From NCBI GenBank assembly GCA_902500205.1, contig GCA_902500205.1_4868.1: a stretch of DNA of 64,000 nt. One strand, given 5' to 3'. Below, piece by piece: positions 7,585-17,359 of this stretch. The notes under the pieces are model-generated. The model searched no databases, had not been told where the DNA came from, and was given only the letters and a program-made list of their open reading frames with translations. How positions within the stretch are numbered: position 1 is the stretch's first letter; the number at the start of each line of letters is the position of its first letter. This DNA is from Escherichia coli. Lineage in GTDB: Bacteria > Pseudomonadota > Gammaproteobacteria > Enterobacterales > Enterobacteriaceae. The position numbers were made by a program, and so were the translations under genes.

Positions 7585-10329
7585 TTAGAGGACGTTGTCT
7601 GGGTTGTCGTCGGTAGTTCCTTCACCGCCTTCTGTGCCTTCCGTTCCCTCGGTAGTTGTTTCCGTGGTTTCGGTCGACTCAGTAGTTTCCTCTGTACTAT
7701 CACCACCGGTGCCGTTATCCGTATCGAGATCGAGGTCTAAATCATCGTCACCCCCACCGCCGAGATCCCCATCACCACCGCCGGTGTCACCGCTCGCATC
7801 AAAACCACCACCGAATCCGCCGGAAGCATCGTTAGGATCAAGGTCGGCATTCTTCGCTAACGTTTCCAGTCGCCCGGTGAAACGTTTCGCCAATTGAATC
7901 AGCGTTTTCGAAGCAGCCATCGCTTCATCAGTCATCATGGTGATGTTGTCCTGACGAGAATCATCGTCGTAAACCAGATCGAAGAAGTCGGTTTCAATAC
8001 CTTGTTTACGCAGCCAGTTGCGCGTATAGAAGGATTTGATCATCGTCTTCAGATCGTTCGGGTCCATCGAGATGCCTTCTTGCTGGAGTTGCGCAGCAAT
8101 GTCATCCGTTACAACCAGATCAGCCAGCTTCTCAAAGAACTCCGTACGTTTATCGAACAGCTCCATCTGCGAAGCTGCTGCAGAGGTGTCTGGCGGTGGT
8201 AAGGTTACTTTCATACCGTTGATAAACGCAGCCAGATACTCAGAGACCTTTTTCGTAATCTGGTCAGTAGTCATCCCATTGCCGTTAGCATTGATGTACT
8301 CTGCAATGATTTTAATCATCGCTGATTGCAACGACGGAGAGGCCAACATCCCATTAACTACGTAACGTGTCAGTGGCTTAGAGAGAATCTCTTGCTTCTT
8401 AACAACCTGCTGGGTGACCAGTAACGATTTAGAGAAGATCTGTGAAGCAAACTCGATGTTCTCGGGGGTCATTACCAGGTCAGGGTCAACACCTGCGATG
8501 TGACAAGTACGTCGTAACAGACCTTCGTCGAAATCCTTATCCGGGTATTTATAATCCGGCGTAGTGTCCGACACAGACACTTTGGTACTACCGTAGTAGT
8601 CGTTACCAATAACGTTAAACGCAATACCTGCGTTTGTCGTCATTGCCCAGGTGTCGTTCATGTCCCCCCACATCGGTTGACGACGGTTATAGGAGTTCAT
8701 GATGTCTGTTTTCAGCTGGTCAATTGTTTTCTGACCGTTCATGTCATCTGGTGCCAACTCAATGTCGTACTGCATGTGACGTGCAGAGTTCAACACCGCA
8801 GAGTTCATGGTAGCGAACAACAGCGCCATACGGACAGTAGAGATAACGAACGAGCGTTCGGTAATAGATACACCGATACCATCTTCATCAAAGTCCGTGG
8901 CAAAATAGCAAAGGTTTTCCGCAGGAATATAGATAACCTGCGTATGACGTTTTGCCAGATGGCGCGCCAGCATGATACGGCTGAACGTTTCGGTTACTGT
9001 CATGCTAATCTCAGCACCACCCAACGCCTCACCCAGAGCTTTGGTTAGCTGGTCTTCAGCAATTTCACCATAACGCGCTGTTAAGCGGTTAGCAATGTCT
9101 GGTGTGATTCGGGTTGTGTTGCCCATCCCCAGATTCGCACGGTTGATTGTTGAATCCACCATACCGTCGTTGTTCAGGTAGTTCATGAAGTTCGCATCAC
9201 CGTAAAGTGTGGAGCGCGAGTTAATGAAGTTACCCATTTCGTCAACGATGGCCAGATAACCTATGGGGTTACGAACATCGTCGCCGATAACGAGCGGGAG
9301 TGTGGACTCTGCTGGCAGTAATCGTTCCGTGTATTCGATTTTGTTGGCATCGGAGAAACTCATCTTCGGTACTTCGCCGTAAAGCTTTTGCTCAGGCGTT
9401 TTCTGGTACGCTTCGTTGAGGTCGCCGATGTTGATTAAACCGAGTTTTGCCTTCTCTTGTTCACTGTCTGTGAACTGGTCAGCGTTATACTCTGACGCAC
9501 CTGTCGGCGTAGAAGGTTGTTCATATGCGTACTGCTCTAACTGACCGAACAGGCCGGTGCGAGCATTCTCCTGTGCTACACGGCGATAAGCCTCTGGTAG
9601 CAGGGTAATACGCGGGTTGTCGGTGATAACGATATCCAGGGAAGCTAACATACCGTCTGCTTTAAACGGACTGTTAGGGGCTGCTGCAAAGTTAAGTTTA
9701 ATGGTTTGTGGCTTGGTGGGCTTGTCAGCGCCACGTGCACGACCCAGAATACTTTCTACACCAACCTTCGGTTTGTTTTCACCGCCAATCTTGCCCAGGA
9801 TACCCAACTGACGTTCAAAGAAGTCAGATTGGCTACGGCGCAACGATTCGGTTGCAACAGACGGCTTTAAGCCGAAGAGTTCATCGAATCCGGTATCTGA
9901 AATCAGCAACACCGGGCTCGCGCCTTTGGATTTCAGTGCATCGTAAATCCACTGATACAGTTTGTTGGGTAACTGGCGCGTGTGGTCATGGAATTCACGC
10001 ACAGGTTCCAACAACTGTTGACGCAGGTCGATCGGGATATCAGCCACGTTGTCGTAAATCAGCGTGGTGTTAATCAAATCTTTTGTGGACAGGAGTGAGG
10101 AGGTCGCGATGGTAACAATGACCTCTAACTCAGGGAGCGCATCAAAGATACGTTCGGCATTTTTAACGGTGCGAATGCGGCTACTCGCAATGCCTGTGAG
10201 TTCTGTACGGGTTGGTGTAACGCCGCCATCTTCACGCTTACCGCGTTGCTGCTGAGCCGACGGGCTCGTGGACTTACGCAGTATGGCAGCTACCGCGGGG
10301 TCGCCCGTTAATTTACTAATATCTTCCAT
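7585..10329 (-). CDS. Large protein (914 aa) with acidic low-complexity C-terminal tail; only long minus-strand gene in the window (portal-like candidate, speculative)
   Basis: Uninterrupted 2.7-kb ORF; C-terminus rich in D/G/T/E repeats ('DLDLDLDTDNGTGGDSTEETTESTETTETTTEGTEG'). Confidence 0.8.
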   Translation of the reverse strand: MEDISKLTGDPAVAAILRKSTSPSAQQQRGKREDGGVTPTRTELTGIASSRIRTVKNAERIFDALPELEVIVTIATSSLLSTKDLINTTLIYDNVADIPIDLRQQLLEPVREFHDHTRQLPNKLYQWIYDALKSKGASPVLLISDTGFDELFGLKPSVATESLRRSQSDFFERQLGILGKIGGENKPKVGVESILGRARGADKPTKPQTIKLNFAAAPNSPFKADGMLASLDIVITDNPRITLLPEAYRRVAQENARTGLFGQLEQYAYEQPSTPTGASEYNADQFTDSEQEKAKLGLINIGDLNEAYQKTPEQKLYGEVPKMSFSDANKIEYTERLLPAESTLPLVIGDDVRNPIGYLAIVDEMGNFINSRSTLYGDANFMNYLNNDGMVDSTINRANLGMGNTTRITPDIANRLTARYGEIAEDQLTKALGEALGGAEISMTVTETFSRIMLARHLAKRHTQVIYIPAENLCYFATDFDEDGIGVSITERSFVISTVRMALLFATMNSAVLNSARHMQYDIELAPDDMNGQKTIDQLKTDIMNSYNRRQPMWGDMNDTWAMTTNAGIAFNVIGNDYYGSTKVSVSDTTPDYKYPDKDFDEGLLRRTCHIAGVDPDLVMTPENIEFASQIFSKSLLVTQQVVKKQEILSKPLTRYVVNGMLASPSLQSAMIKIIAEYINANGNGMTTDQITKKVSEYLAAFINGMKVTLPPPDTSAAASQMELFDKRTEFFEKLADLVVTDDIAAQLQQEGISMDPNDLKTMIKSFYTRNWLRKQGIETDFFDLVYDDDSRQDNITMMTDEAMAASKTLIQLAKRFTGRLETLAKNADLDPNDASGGFGGGFDASGDTGGGDGDLGGGGDDDLDLDLDTDNGTGGDSTEETTESTETTETTTEGTEGTEGGEGTTDDNPDNVL

Positions 10330-10340
10330 TGGGGTCTCCG

Positions 10341-12524
10341 ATGCAGAGATTTAACATTTTTCGTGACCAGGCTATCCAGTTAGCGAAATCCCTGATTGTC
10401 AAATCAGAGAGCATCGCACAACAGATGAACCTGGCAATAACCAAAAACGGCGGTTTCGTTTCCGAGAACCGTGAGACGTGGCGGTATTACCTACACTTAG
10501 CAGGTAAACGACATGCAATCGACAAGCCGATATACATTACGTCACTCGACACGCAAGAGCAGATAGAGTTAACGACGCAGAACCTCTCCCGTCATAAAAA
10601 GACCTCAAACGTATATCGTTCTAACCCGGAGTATATCGACGACTTAATCGCCGAGTATCCGGACTACGCAGTATATATTCGAGGCACTTTCAATCCGATT
10701 GATATTGCATATGCGATACGTGTCGATGACTGCTCAATTTTGTATTACGATCCTGCTTTAGTTGAACCGCAGGAGACGTCGTTAATTACACATATTGAGA
10801 ACTTTATTCGTGCAGCACATGTGCGTTTCATGGCCGATGGCTGGAAAGTTCACAACGACTGTTTCGTACTGGCCTTTTACATGCAACAGTACCCGGTGTG
10901 GCCGGGGCTTATCATGTACATCCGCAAACGGTTACAGTTTACGACCGAAACGCACTCCTACTACGTGACCGAGTTCTTGGCTTCGCACCAAGAACTGCAC
11001 GAGTTCATGCCGTACCTGACCCTCAAGCAGAAATTCACACTGTATCGCAACATCCGTTACTGGGAACGTAACTCTGGTAAGGAAGAAATCTTTACCTGGA
11101 TGATTGACACCCTGCTGACGGGTTGGGGTATGCCTGCTGTTGGATATAAGGTCGCCCAGCAGATTCACGACCCGACGACGGGCAGTGATGATGACCTGAC
11201 ACCTCTCCCGATCGGCTACCAGTCATCGCTTAACTATACTGAACGTGACTCGGGTCGTGACCTGGACATTGTTAGCACAACTGACATCATCCAGAAAGAA
11301 ATCAATCTGGCGTACAATAACCCAGTGCACGAACCTGACTATCAGGAAGACCTCGATCGGCGTTTGAGCTTGACGCAGTATCCGAACCTGCCAACGAAGT
11401 TAGTTGAGGTAACGGCGATTGACCCAGAGGCCATCGAACGTTGGGAATTTATGCATGGCTTGTTCAACGAGTGGATGCATATCGTGGCACGCGGACAGTA
11501 CAACATTTACCACGAAATTCTTAACCCAACGAACGGGGATACGCTAAAGCTCACTTCAAAAGAGCTGCTGGCACTGTTCTTGTATGCGAGCTTCAAAGGT
11601 TATTCGGGTGTAGCACTGGATAAAATCCCGGTGTGGAACGTGTTTGGTGTGCTAATCAAACGCTGGGTTGGTTTTGATGAGATGGAGCAGTATCTGCCAA
11701 GCTCATGGCCCGGCCGTTTTAATGCGTTGATTAACTATTACACGGACACGCATCATGAAGTTATCGGCAATTTGATGTCTGCAGATGAGCTGTACGATGA
11801 AATCAGCGAAATCATGGTGCAGAAGCGTCGTCGTTACCGTTACTCGTATAATCGACACAAGCTAGCCGACCGTGCTGCCGGCACAATGCTGTTTACCTAT
11901 CATTACCGTGACTATAAGTGCGATCTTGACCTACCTTACCGCGATTACGACGAGTTCTTCAAAACGTTTGGTTTTGATTACAAGTTAGTCTCCGCGGAAA
12001 CCTGGCAGGATATCGCCACCGACGCTTTAAACGTGGCCACTAATCTGGAAACACGTGCGTCTGTCTCACAAGCTGAAATACAACGCGCGATGGTGCGGTT
12101 AATGACGAAACTCTCGTCGTATACTGTCCATTTTGCCGCACGTATGGGTTCTGACACCTACGATGTCACCGACCCAGTCATCCCGATTCTGGATGATATT
12201 CTCGCAGAGGCTGCCGATACAACAAATATCATTTACCCTCTGACAGACGTGCAGCGTGTGAGCCGTAGTTCATTCATGACGACGGATAAGCCCATCCCTG
12301 TCGCTCCCGTGATAAAGGAAATGGCAATCCCGCAACGTATTAAGTTGCGGATGAATGTCTACCCTGGTATCCGCGTGAAGGTCGAGCAGGATGTTGTGAT
12401 CGATATGGTACAGCCGCCTATTGATGTTATCCGTGTGCGGACGTCATTTGAGGAGTGGACGCTTGCCGAGCGCGTGGCCGACCGTGACATGGATGGCTTC
12501 CGGCTAGACCAATTACCAAAGTGA
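10341..12524 (+). CDS. Hypothetical protein (about 727 aa), divergent from the 914-aa gene
   Basis: ORF-track frame 10329-12524 (TTG); first ATG at 10341. Confidence 0.8.
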   Translation: MQRFNIFRDQAIQLAKSLIVKSESIAQQMNLAITKNGGFVSENRETWRYYLHLAGKRHAIDKPIYITSLDTQEQIELTTQNLSRHKKTSNVYRSNPEYIDDLIAEYPDYAVYIRGTFNPIDIAYAIRVDDCSILYYDPALVEPQETSLITHIENFIRAAHVRFMADGWKVHNDCFVLAFYMQQYPVWPGLIMYIRKRLQFTTETHSYYVTEFLASHQELHEFMPYLTLKQKFTLYRNIRYWERNSGKEEIFTWMIDTLLTGWGMPAVGYKVAQQIHDPTTGSDDDLTPLPIGYQSSLNYTERDSGRDLDIVSTTDIIQKEINLAYNNPVHEPDYQEDLDRRLSLTQYPNLPTKLVEVTAIDPEAIERWEFMHGLFNEWMHIVARGQYNIYHEILNPTNGDTLKLTSKELLALFLYASFKGYSGVALDKIPVWNVFGVLIKRWVGFDEMEQYLPSSWPGRFNALINYYTDTHHEVIGNLMSADELYDEISEIMVQKRRRYRYSYNRHKLADRAAGTMLFTYHYRDYKCDLDLPYRDYDEFFKTFGFDYKLVSAETWQDIATDALNVATNLETRASVSQAEIQRAMVRLMTKLSSYTVHFAARMGSDTYDVTDPVIPILDDILAEAADTTNIIYPLTDVQRVSRSSFMTTDKPIPVAPVIKEMAIPQRIKLRMNVYPGIRVKVEQDVVIDMVQPPIDVIRVRTSFEEWTLAERVADRDMDGFRLDQLPK

Positions 12525-12531
12525 GAGACTT

Positions 12532-13059
12532 ATGGGATACCGTATAGATTTATCAAAAACCCCGAAACAGATTCTGGTTGAGAGAATCAATTACGTTTTT
12601 AAGTTATCGTATAGTGAAAATAACTACGAGTTTAACCCACGTGGGGTGTGGCCGTTAACCCAAGCAGAGCGACGCGCTAAAGGTGTGGAGTCTAAAGTTG
12701 CGGCGCGCTTTGTAAATGGGGTACACGGCACTCAAGAGTTTTACCTGACTCGTGCGGACTTAAACAAGTTACTTAAAGACGTAACGGTTGAAGTTCCGAA
12801 GGGTGCGGCAGAATGGAGCCATGAATTAGTTCCGTATACTGTCGATGAGCTGGGTCTCCAGCTTGACACCTACGATATCATGGTTGAACCGATTACCCCG
12901 GAAATGGAATCGTATGAGGCGCGCTTAATCCCGCACCATCTATCTTTCAAAGGCACGATTGCGATTACTTTTGTTGACCCAACTCCCCGTAAGCTGGCGC
13001 AGCTGGTAACTAAACGGGCACTCGACGGGTTTCGCCCAGGAGAATTTTTAAATGGCTAA
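12532..13059 (+). CDS. Hypothetical protein (175 aa)
   Basis: ORF with ATG start; overlaps next gene by 8 nt. Confidence 0.7.
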   Translation: MGYRIDLSKTPKQILVERINYVFKLSYSENNYEFNPRGVWPLTQAERRAKGVESKVAARFVNGVHGTQEFYLTRADLNKLLKDVTVEVPKGAAEWSHELVPYTVDELGLQLDTYDIMVEPITPEMESYEARLIPHHLSFKGTIAITFVDPTPRKLAQLVTKRALDGFRPGEFLNG

Positions 13060-13939
13060 CACCAAAGTTTACGATGGTAAACTGTCAACAGTGACTCTTA
13101 ACGCGATGCGACTTACGACCGCGTTATTGACAGGTGCTGACGTGCAGTACCCACAGAAATCCACGATGAACGAGTTTTATAAACTCATGACCTCGAAAGT
13201 TCCCGATGGCGCTACACGTCCGCATTTAGGATACATGTGCGTGGGTAACCGTGGTCACATCGTTGATCAGTCTGATGTTGTGGCAGACGTTGTTCCTGTC
13301 GCGAAATCCCCGATTACGTCAGGGATGTTCTCGCGCGTTCCATTGGTACTGCGTACGTTGGATAATGACTTGTCTGATGAGCAACGTAAACAGTACGCTT
13401 TCCGTACTCGTGAAACTATCGGCGCGCGGGATTACTGGGCGTATTATCTGAAACGTATCGACATGCGCGCAGTGAAGACCACTGACCTGGATATCACTCG
13501 CGAAAACGGTGTTGAAACCGTCAAAGATTTCGTCTATACCGATGCGGAACTGAACCCGGTACCGAAAGAACTCCCAGACTACGATTACGACGATGACGGC
13601 ACTGTAGAGATCCCCGACGGTCGTTATGTTGAATCGGGCGCAGACCTGGTGATTCCATGGACTGAGTTTGATGTTCAGGAATACATGAACGTGACGGCGA
13701 TTCTACGTGGTACGCCACGCAGTTCGATTATCTCTGAAATTGCGCTGTGCTCTGGCGTTGATACCCCTGAAACGGGTGAGTCGGCTACCGGTTCACAGTT
13801 CAGCTACGACGAAGCTATCGGTGTGCAGGCGTTGTACTACATCTCCCTGTTCACTAACCTGGCACAGACCAACGATCGTCTGTCACTGACCATCCGTATC
13901 GGCCAGCCGGCACCGTGGTTCTTAGGGACAGCTAACTGA
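13052..13939 (+). CDS. Hypothetical protein (295 aa)
   Basis: ORF; stop overlaps next start (TGATG). Confidence 0.75.
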   Translation: MANTKVYDGKLSTVTLNAMRLTTALLTGADVQYPQKSTMNEFYKLMTSKVPDGATRPHLGYMCVGNRGHIVDQSDVVADVVPVAKSPITSGMFSRVPLVLRTLDNDLSDEQRKQYAFRTRETIGARDYWAYYLKRIDMRAVKTTDLDITRENGVETVKDFVYTDAELNPVPKELPDYDYDDDGTVEIPDGRYVESGADLVIPWTEFDVQEYMNVTAILRGTPRSSIISEIALCSGVDTPETGESATGSQFSYDEAIGVQALYYISLFTNLAQTNDRLSLTIRIGQPAPWFLGTAN

Positions 13940-14589
13940 TGCTGATTCCTGAGCCGAGGTTACCCGACAGTATGGTGAGGATTGCGGCTGTTGACCCCGG
14001 TACTGCCCATCTTGGGATGGCGGTTATCGACTGGGAATTTGGCCAACCTCAAGGTGAAGTTGTCTGGGCGGGAACGGCTCATGTTGCGGACCCTACGCAC
14101 AATGGCTCTTTTGGTGAGTGCGTAGGGAAACGCGATGCGCGTTTGGTAGAATTAGAAGAACGCTTTCGTGAGTTTTTAAAACTGGCAAGGCCGACTTTTG
14201 TCGCTACCGAAACTCCATTCATGCGAAGAGCTAAGCTCTCAGCGTACGAATCTGGGGTGGAATTGCAACTGATGTTGCGGCGAACGCTTTGGGACGTGTT
14301 TCCCGAAAAATATCTCCATGGGTTTAATCCTATTATTGTGAAGTCGTACGTTGGTGTGGAAGCAAAGGGTACAGATAAATCGCATATGCAGCAAGCGGTT
14401 ACCAAGCTCTACGCTAACCATACCCGGTGCGACTTATCGGTATTGGATGAACACAGTATCGATGCCGTGGCGGTGGGTAATATCTTCGTCAGGGTCAACT
14501 TATTAAACCTAAATAGTCTCCTTCCGCCCAAGGTTAAAGTTCCTAAAGCTAAGGCCGGTAAGCGGAAAGGAAGACGCCGGAGGAAATAG
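13939..14589 (+). CDS. RuvC-like Holliday-junction resolvase (putative)
   Basis: N-terminal 'IAAVDPGTAHLGMAVID', central 'ATETPF', C-terminal 'DEHSIDAVAVGN' resemble the RuvC catalytic signature; basic C-terminal tail. Confidence 0.6.
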   Translation: MLIPEPRLPDSMVRIAAVDPGTAHLGMAVIDWEFGQPQGEVVWAGTAHVADPTHNGSFGECVGKRDARLVELEERFREFLKLARPTFVATETPFMRRAKLSAYESGVELQLMLRRTLWDVFPEKYLHGFNPIIVKSYVGVEAKGTDKSHMQQAVTKLYANHTRCDLSVLDEHSIDAVAVGNIFVRVNLLNLNSLLPPKVKVPKAKAGKRKGRRRRK

Positions 14590-14591
14590 CG

Positions 14592-15164
14592 ATGTCGCAG
14601 TCTTTGCAAGAAGCCTCGACGGATGTGTTGGATGTTCTTATCCAGGCGGGCACCAATAAATTAAGCCTGGAGGAGAGTAAACGACTAAAAACAGCCGCCC
14701 AGACCGCTTTGGGAAGTGATGTTGAAATTGATGTCACTAAACCTGCTAACGTGATTCTTACTTCTTTACGCCCCCTCATCCTTGAGCAGGTGGGGAACAT
14801 GGCGAAAACGTTTGAATCGCAAGCAAAAGCCGCAGTAGAAAGCATGGATGAAAAGCTCGCCAAAGAAACGTTATTGACCCTGTGGCCAAATTTGAAAGGT
14901 CCGCAGAAAGTCCTTATCGTTTTGTTGGTGCTGACCACTGTGGTGATTACTGGCGCGATGGCCTGGGACACACACCTGCATTATCCACAAGAGTTAACGG
15001 ATGTGCTGATTGTGGCGCTCTTACCTTTGTTTGCTCAGGCCGTGTTCTTTACATGGCCGATCAAGACGCTTGCTTACAATTCGATGGCCATTGGCGCCAA
15101 AGTCGTTGAATACAAGCTGAATAAGAGCAACGCGAAGCAACAGACTACCGCACCTAAAGAGTAA
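14592..15164 (+). CDS. Hypothetical membrane protein
   Basis: Hydrophobic segments 'VLIVLLVLTTVVITGAMAW' and 'VLIVALLPLFAQAVFF'. Confidence 0.7.
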   Translation: MSQSLQEASTDVLDVLIQAGTNKLSLEESKRLKTAAQTALGSDVEIDVTKPANVILTSLRPLILEQVGNMAKTFESQAKAAVESMDEKLAKETLLTLWPNLKGPQKVLIVLLVLTTVVITGAMAWDTHLHYPQELTDVLIVALLPLFAQAVFFTWPIKTLAYNSMAIGAKVVEYKLNKSNAKQQTTAPKE

Positions 15165-15170
15165 TTAAGC

Positions 15171-15210
15171 CCTCTTCTCCTCCTGGAGAAGAGGCTTCTT
15201 ATTTTTTTTA
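15171..15210 (+). terminator. Intrinsic terminator
   Basis: 'cctcttctcc-tcct-ggagaagagg' followed by 'cttcttatttttttta'. Confidence 0.8.
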
Positions 15211-15261
15211 TTACGTCTACGTAAATTACTGTGTAAGCACGACCCAAAAGGAATATAAAAA

Positions 15262-15900
15262 ATGCAATTACAATTTCGTCAACGGTCTGTACTACTACCG
15301 TTTAGCGCTATATTAGGTTCGTTTACCAAAATGCTGTCTGTGGATTTTACTGCAGCTGAGAAAGAAGCGCTGTTATTGGCGGCAGTCGAAGAAGTATTGT
15401 GGGAGGCATTTTACGTAGTGCCGTTTCGTAGCTGCTTAAACGCCCCGTATGTTGAAGGGCAGTTTGTCAGCGCGCTTTCCGCCGCGATTACCAAACGTAA
15501 ACTAAATGCCATGGCGCATGTCAAAGAGATCACCGCGCAACGAGGACGGATATTCGCTGCCGTCAGAAATGTGTTAATTAAAGAAGGGTTTCTTGCAGAC
15601 TCGCTAGGTCCCGAGGTTCCTTGGGAGCCGGGTCATCCACCGCGTCAGTTCGACCACGGGTACAAGTTAAGTATAATTATGCCACGCGGTAAGCGTGACG
15701 TCTCATTGGGGAAATGGTTACAGATAAGCTGGGTTCGCCCTACTATCGATTGGCAAGAAATGTCGGTCAATCGCTATCTGGAACACCTGGCAAAAACACC
15801 GGCACAGTTTCACCGTTCAACAATCCTGCCGCTACACATGCTGTTAAAACCGTCCCTGTCATTGGCAGAAGCCATATACCTGCTTAGTGGAGAGAAGTGA
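15262..15900 (+). CDS. Hypothetical protein, translationally coupled to the downstream GNAT
   Basis: 'aaaaggaat' SD; stop overlaps the GNAT start. Confidence 0.7.
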   Translation: MQLQFRQRSVLLPFSAILGSFTKMLSVDFTAAEKEALLLAAVEEVLWEAFYVVPFRSCLNAPYVEGQFVSALSAAITKRKLNAMAHVKEITAQRGRIFAAVRNVLIKEGFLADSLGPEVPWEPGHPPRQFDHGYKLSIIMPRGKRDVSLGKWLQISWVRPTIDWQEMSVNRYLEHLAKTPAQFHRSTILPLHMLLKPSLSLAEAIYLLSGEK

Positions 15901-16382
15901 TGCTTGTTATTAATGTGGTCGAGGATAAGATTCCCGCGAATGTTTATCCTGAACTGGTTGAATGGGTACGCGACTTAAACAGTATTCGCGAGGAGCCTAT
16001 TAAACTCACGATGTTTGTTGAGGATGATATCGTACGGGGAATCATGGCATGGGAACCTGGCCATTTGGTCTATATGGTTGTGCCCGAGGAATCGCGACGA
16101 GGCGGTGTCGGTAGATTTATGCTTAAGTATCTTCAGCAGAACTCCGATCGTAAACATGTCAGCTGTCGTGTTCACCCGACCAACATTCCCGCGCTGGGAT
16201 TCTTTCACCAACAAGGCTTCCAGATTGACCGATGGTATATTGCTGCTGACGGCCAACGGTATTTTCGTATGACGAACTACAATGTTATTTCGTCACACAC
16301 GCCACCGGAGGAAAAGCTTTTAACTCATTACGCTGAAAGCGTTCCCATTTTTCTCTCGATGGCAGAAGGTCATTTCGTCTAA
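15900..16382 (+). CDS. GNAT-family N-acetyltransferase (1 of 3)
   Basis: Acetyl-CoA motif 'RRGGVGRFMLKYL'; typical size; GTG 15897 is an alternative start. Confidence 0.75.
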   Translation: MLVINVVEDKIPANVYPELVEWVRDLNSIREEPIKLTMFVEDDIVRGIMAWEPGHLVYMVVPEESRRGGVGRFMLKYLQQNSDRKHVSCRVHPTNIPALGFFHQQGFQIDRWYIAADGQRYFRMTNYNVISSHTPPEEKLLTHYAESVPIFLSMAEGHFV

Positions 16383-16399
16383 ACGAGCGAGAGTGTATA

Positions 16400-16876
16400 A
16401 TGATACGTGTTGCTTACGAAACACGAGATACGGATGGAACCCGTATAAACGTCATCCGCCGTGTGGAGCTTGTTCCTCAGCATGAATTGAATATTGCAGA
16501 CAGTTCGCTTAGGGGCACTCCTGTTAAGATTCTGAATCTTACGAGACGTTCTTTTCATCACAGTAAGACTTCACCAGCAATACGGTCCAGTAAAAGAAAA
16601 AGTTATGCCGATTTAAAACATCGGTTGTCCCGGCATTTTCGTCGGAGTGCCTGGAAGGCTTTAGTTGAGATTTTGGTTGACGAGCACCTTATCCAGAGGT
16701 TGGAGTGGGAAGAAGTTCTCAAGGAAGCGGGCTATCCAACAAAACCTTTCTCTTATCACTGGCATCACTTCAAAAAACAGTTCCATGATGCCTTACAGGT
16801 ATCGCCAAACACTCGCAACATGATTCACCGTTTGGAGAAAATGGACTGGCTTCTACCCTATCTGGAAGAGGACTAG
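16400..16876 (+). CDS. Hypothetical protein (158 aa)
   Basis: ORF with ATG start. Confidence 0.7.
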   Translation: MIRVAYETRDTDGTRINVIRRVELVPQHELNIADSSLRGTPVKILNLTRRSFHHSKTSPAIRSSKRKSYADLKHRLSRHFRRSAWKALVEILVDEHLIQRLEWEEVLKEAGYPTKPFSYHWHHFKKQFHDALQVSPNTRNMIHRLEKMDWLLPYLEED

Positions 16877-16878
16877 AT

Positions 16879-17268
16879 ATGATGCGTGCTGTATTAGCTG
16901 TGTTTATAATTTGCGTTACTACGTCAGTATACGCGTTTACTGTTCAGGACTTCCCGCAATACAAACCAATGTGGGAAACTGACGCACCTGTGAAATTCAG
17001 CGACAAAGATGAACCAGTCGTGACAGTGGAGAAGGGTGAGTTTGCCGTGGTCAACTACGGGCGTTCTGAACTGTGTCCGGGCGGTGGCTTTTATCTCGTT
17101 AACACAAAGCGCAAGACGTACCAGCCAATAGATGCCGGTACGTGTTCGTCGAAAGTTAAAGCGACAATTGCCCCGACAGTACGAAGACATCGCAGCGTTA
17201 ATACCCACCAGTTAACTTTTTGGGTAGGTAAAGAAATTTCCGCGCGGTATCCTTTGTACGATTATTAA
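16879..17268 (+). CDS. Small secreted/periplasmic protein (predicted signal peptide)
   Basis: N-terminus 'MMRAVLAVFIICVTTSVYA' resembles a Sec signal peptide. Confidence 0.7.
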   Translation: MMRAVLAVFIICVTTSVYAFTVQDFPQYKPMWETDAPVKFSDKDEPVVTVEKGEFAVVNYGRSELCPGGGFYLVNTKRKTYQPIDAGTCSSKVKATIAPTVRRHRSVNTHQLTFWVGKEISARYPLYDY

Positions 17269-17276
17269 ACACAGCG

Positions 17277-17312
17277 TATAGGGGCTTCGGCCCCTATACT
17301 GTTTATTATTTT
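17277..17312 (+). terminator. Intrinsic terminator (TTCG loop)
   Basis: 'tataggggc-ttcg-gcccctata' followed by 'ctgtttattatttt'. Confidence 0.8.
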
Positions 17313-17359
17313 CCTGTGAAGTATTATGACCCCCCTTAATCAAATACCAGGAGCGAGGC

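Noticed and set aside
8930-8960. 'ATDFDEDG' in the 914-aa protein as a possible multisubunit RNAP beta-prime Mg-binding motif
   Set aside because: It differs from the invariant NADFDGD and no other polymerase signatures were seen; likely chance.
8677-10255. Several + strand ORFs of 60-123 aa inside the 914-aa minus-strand gene
   Set aside because: They are antisense to a 2.7-kb uninterrupted ORF; without expression data the long ORF is the better-supported reading.
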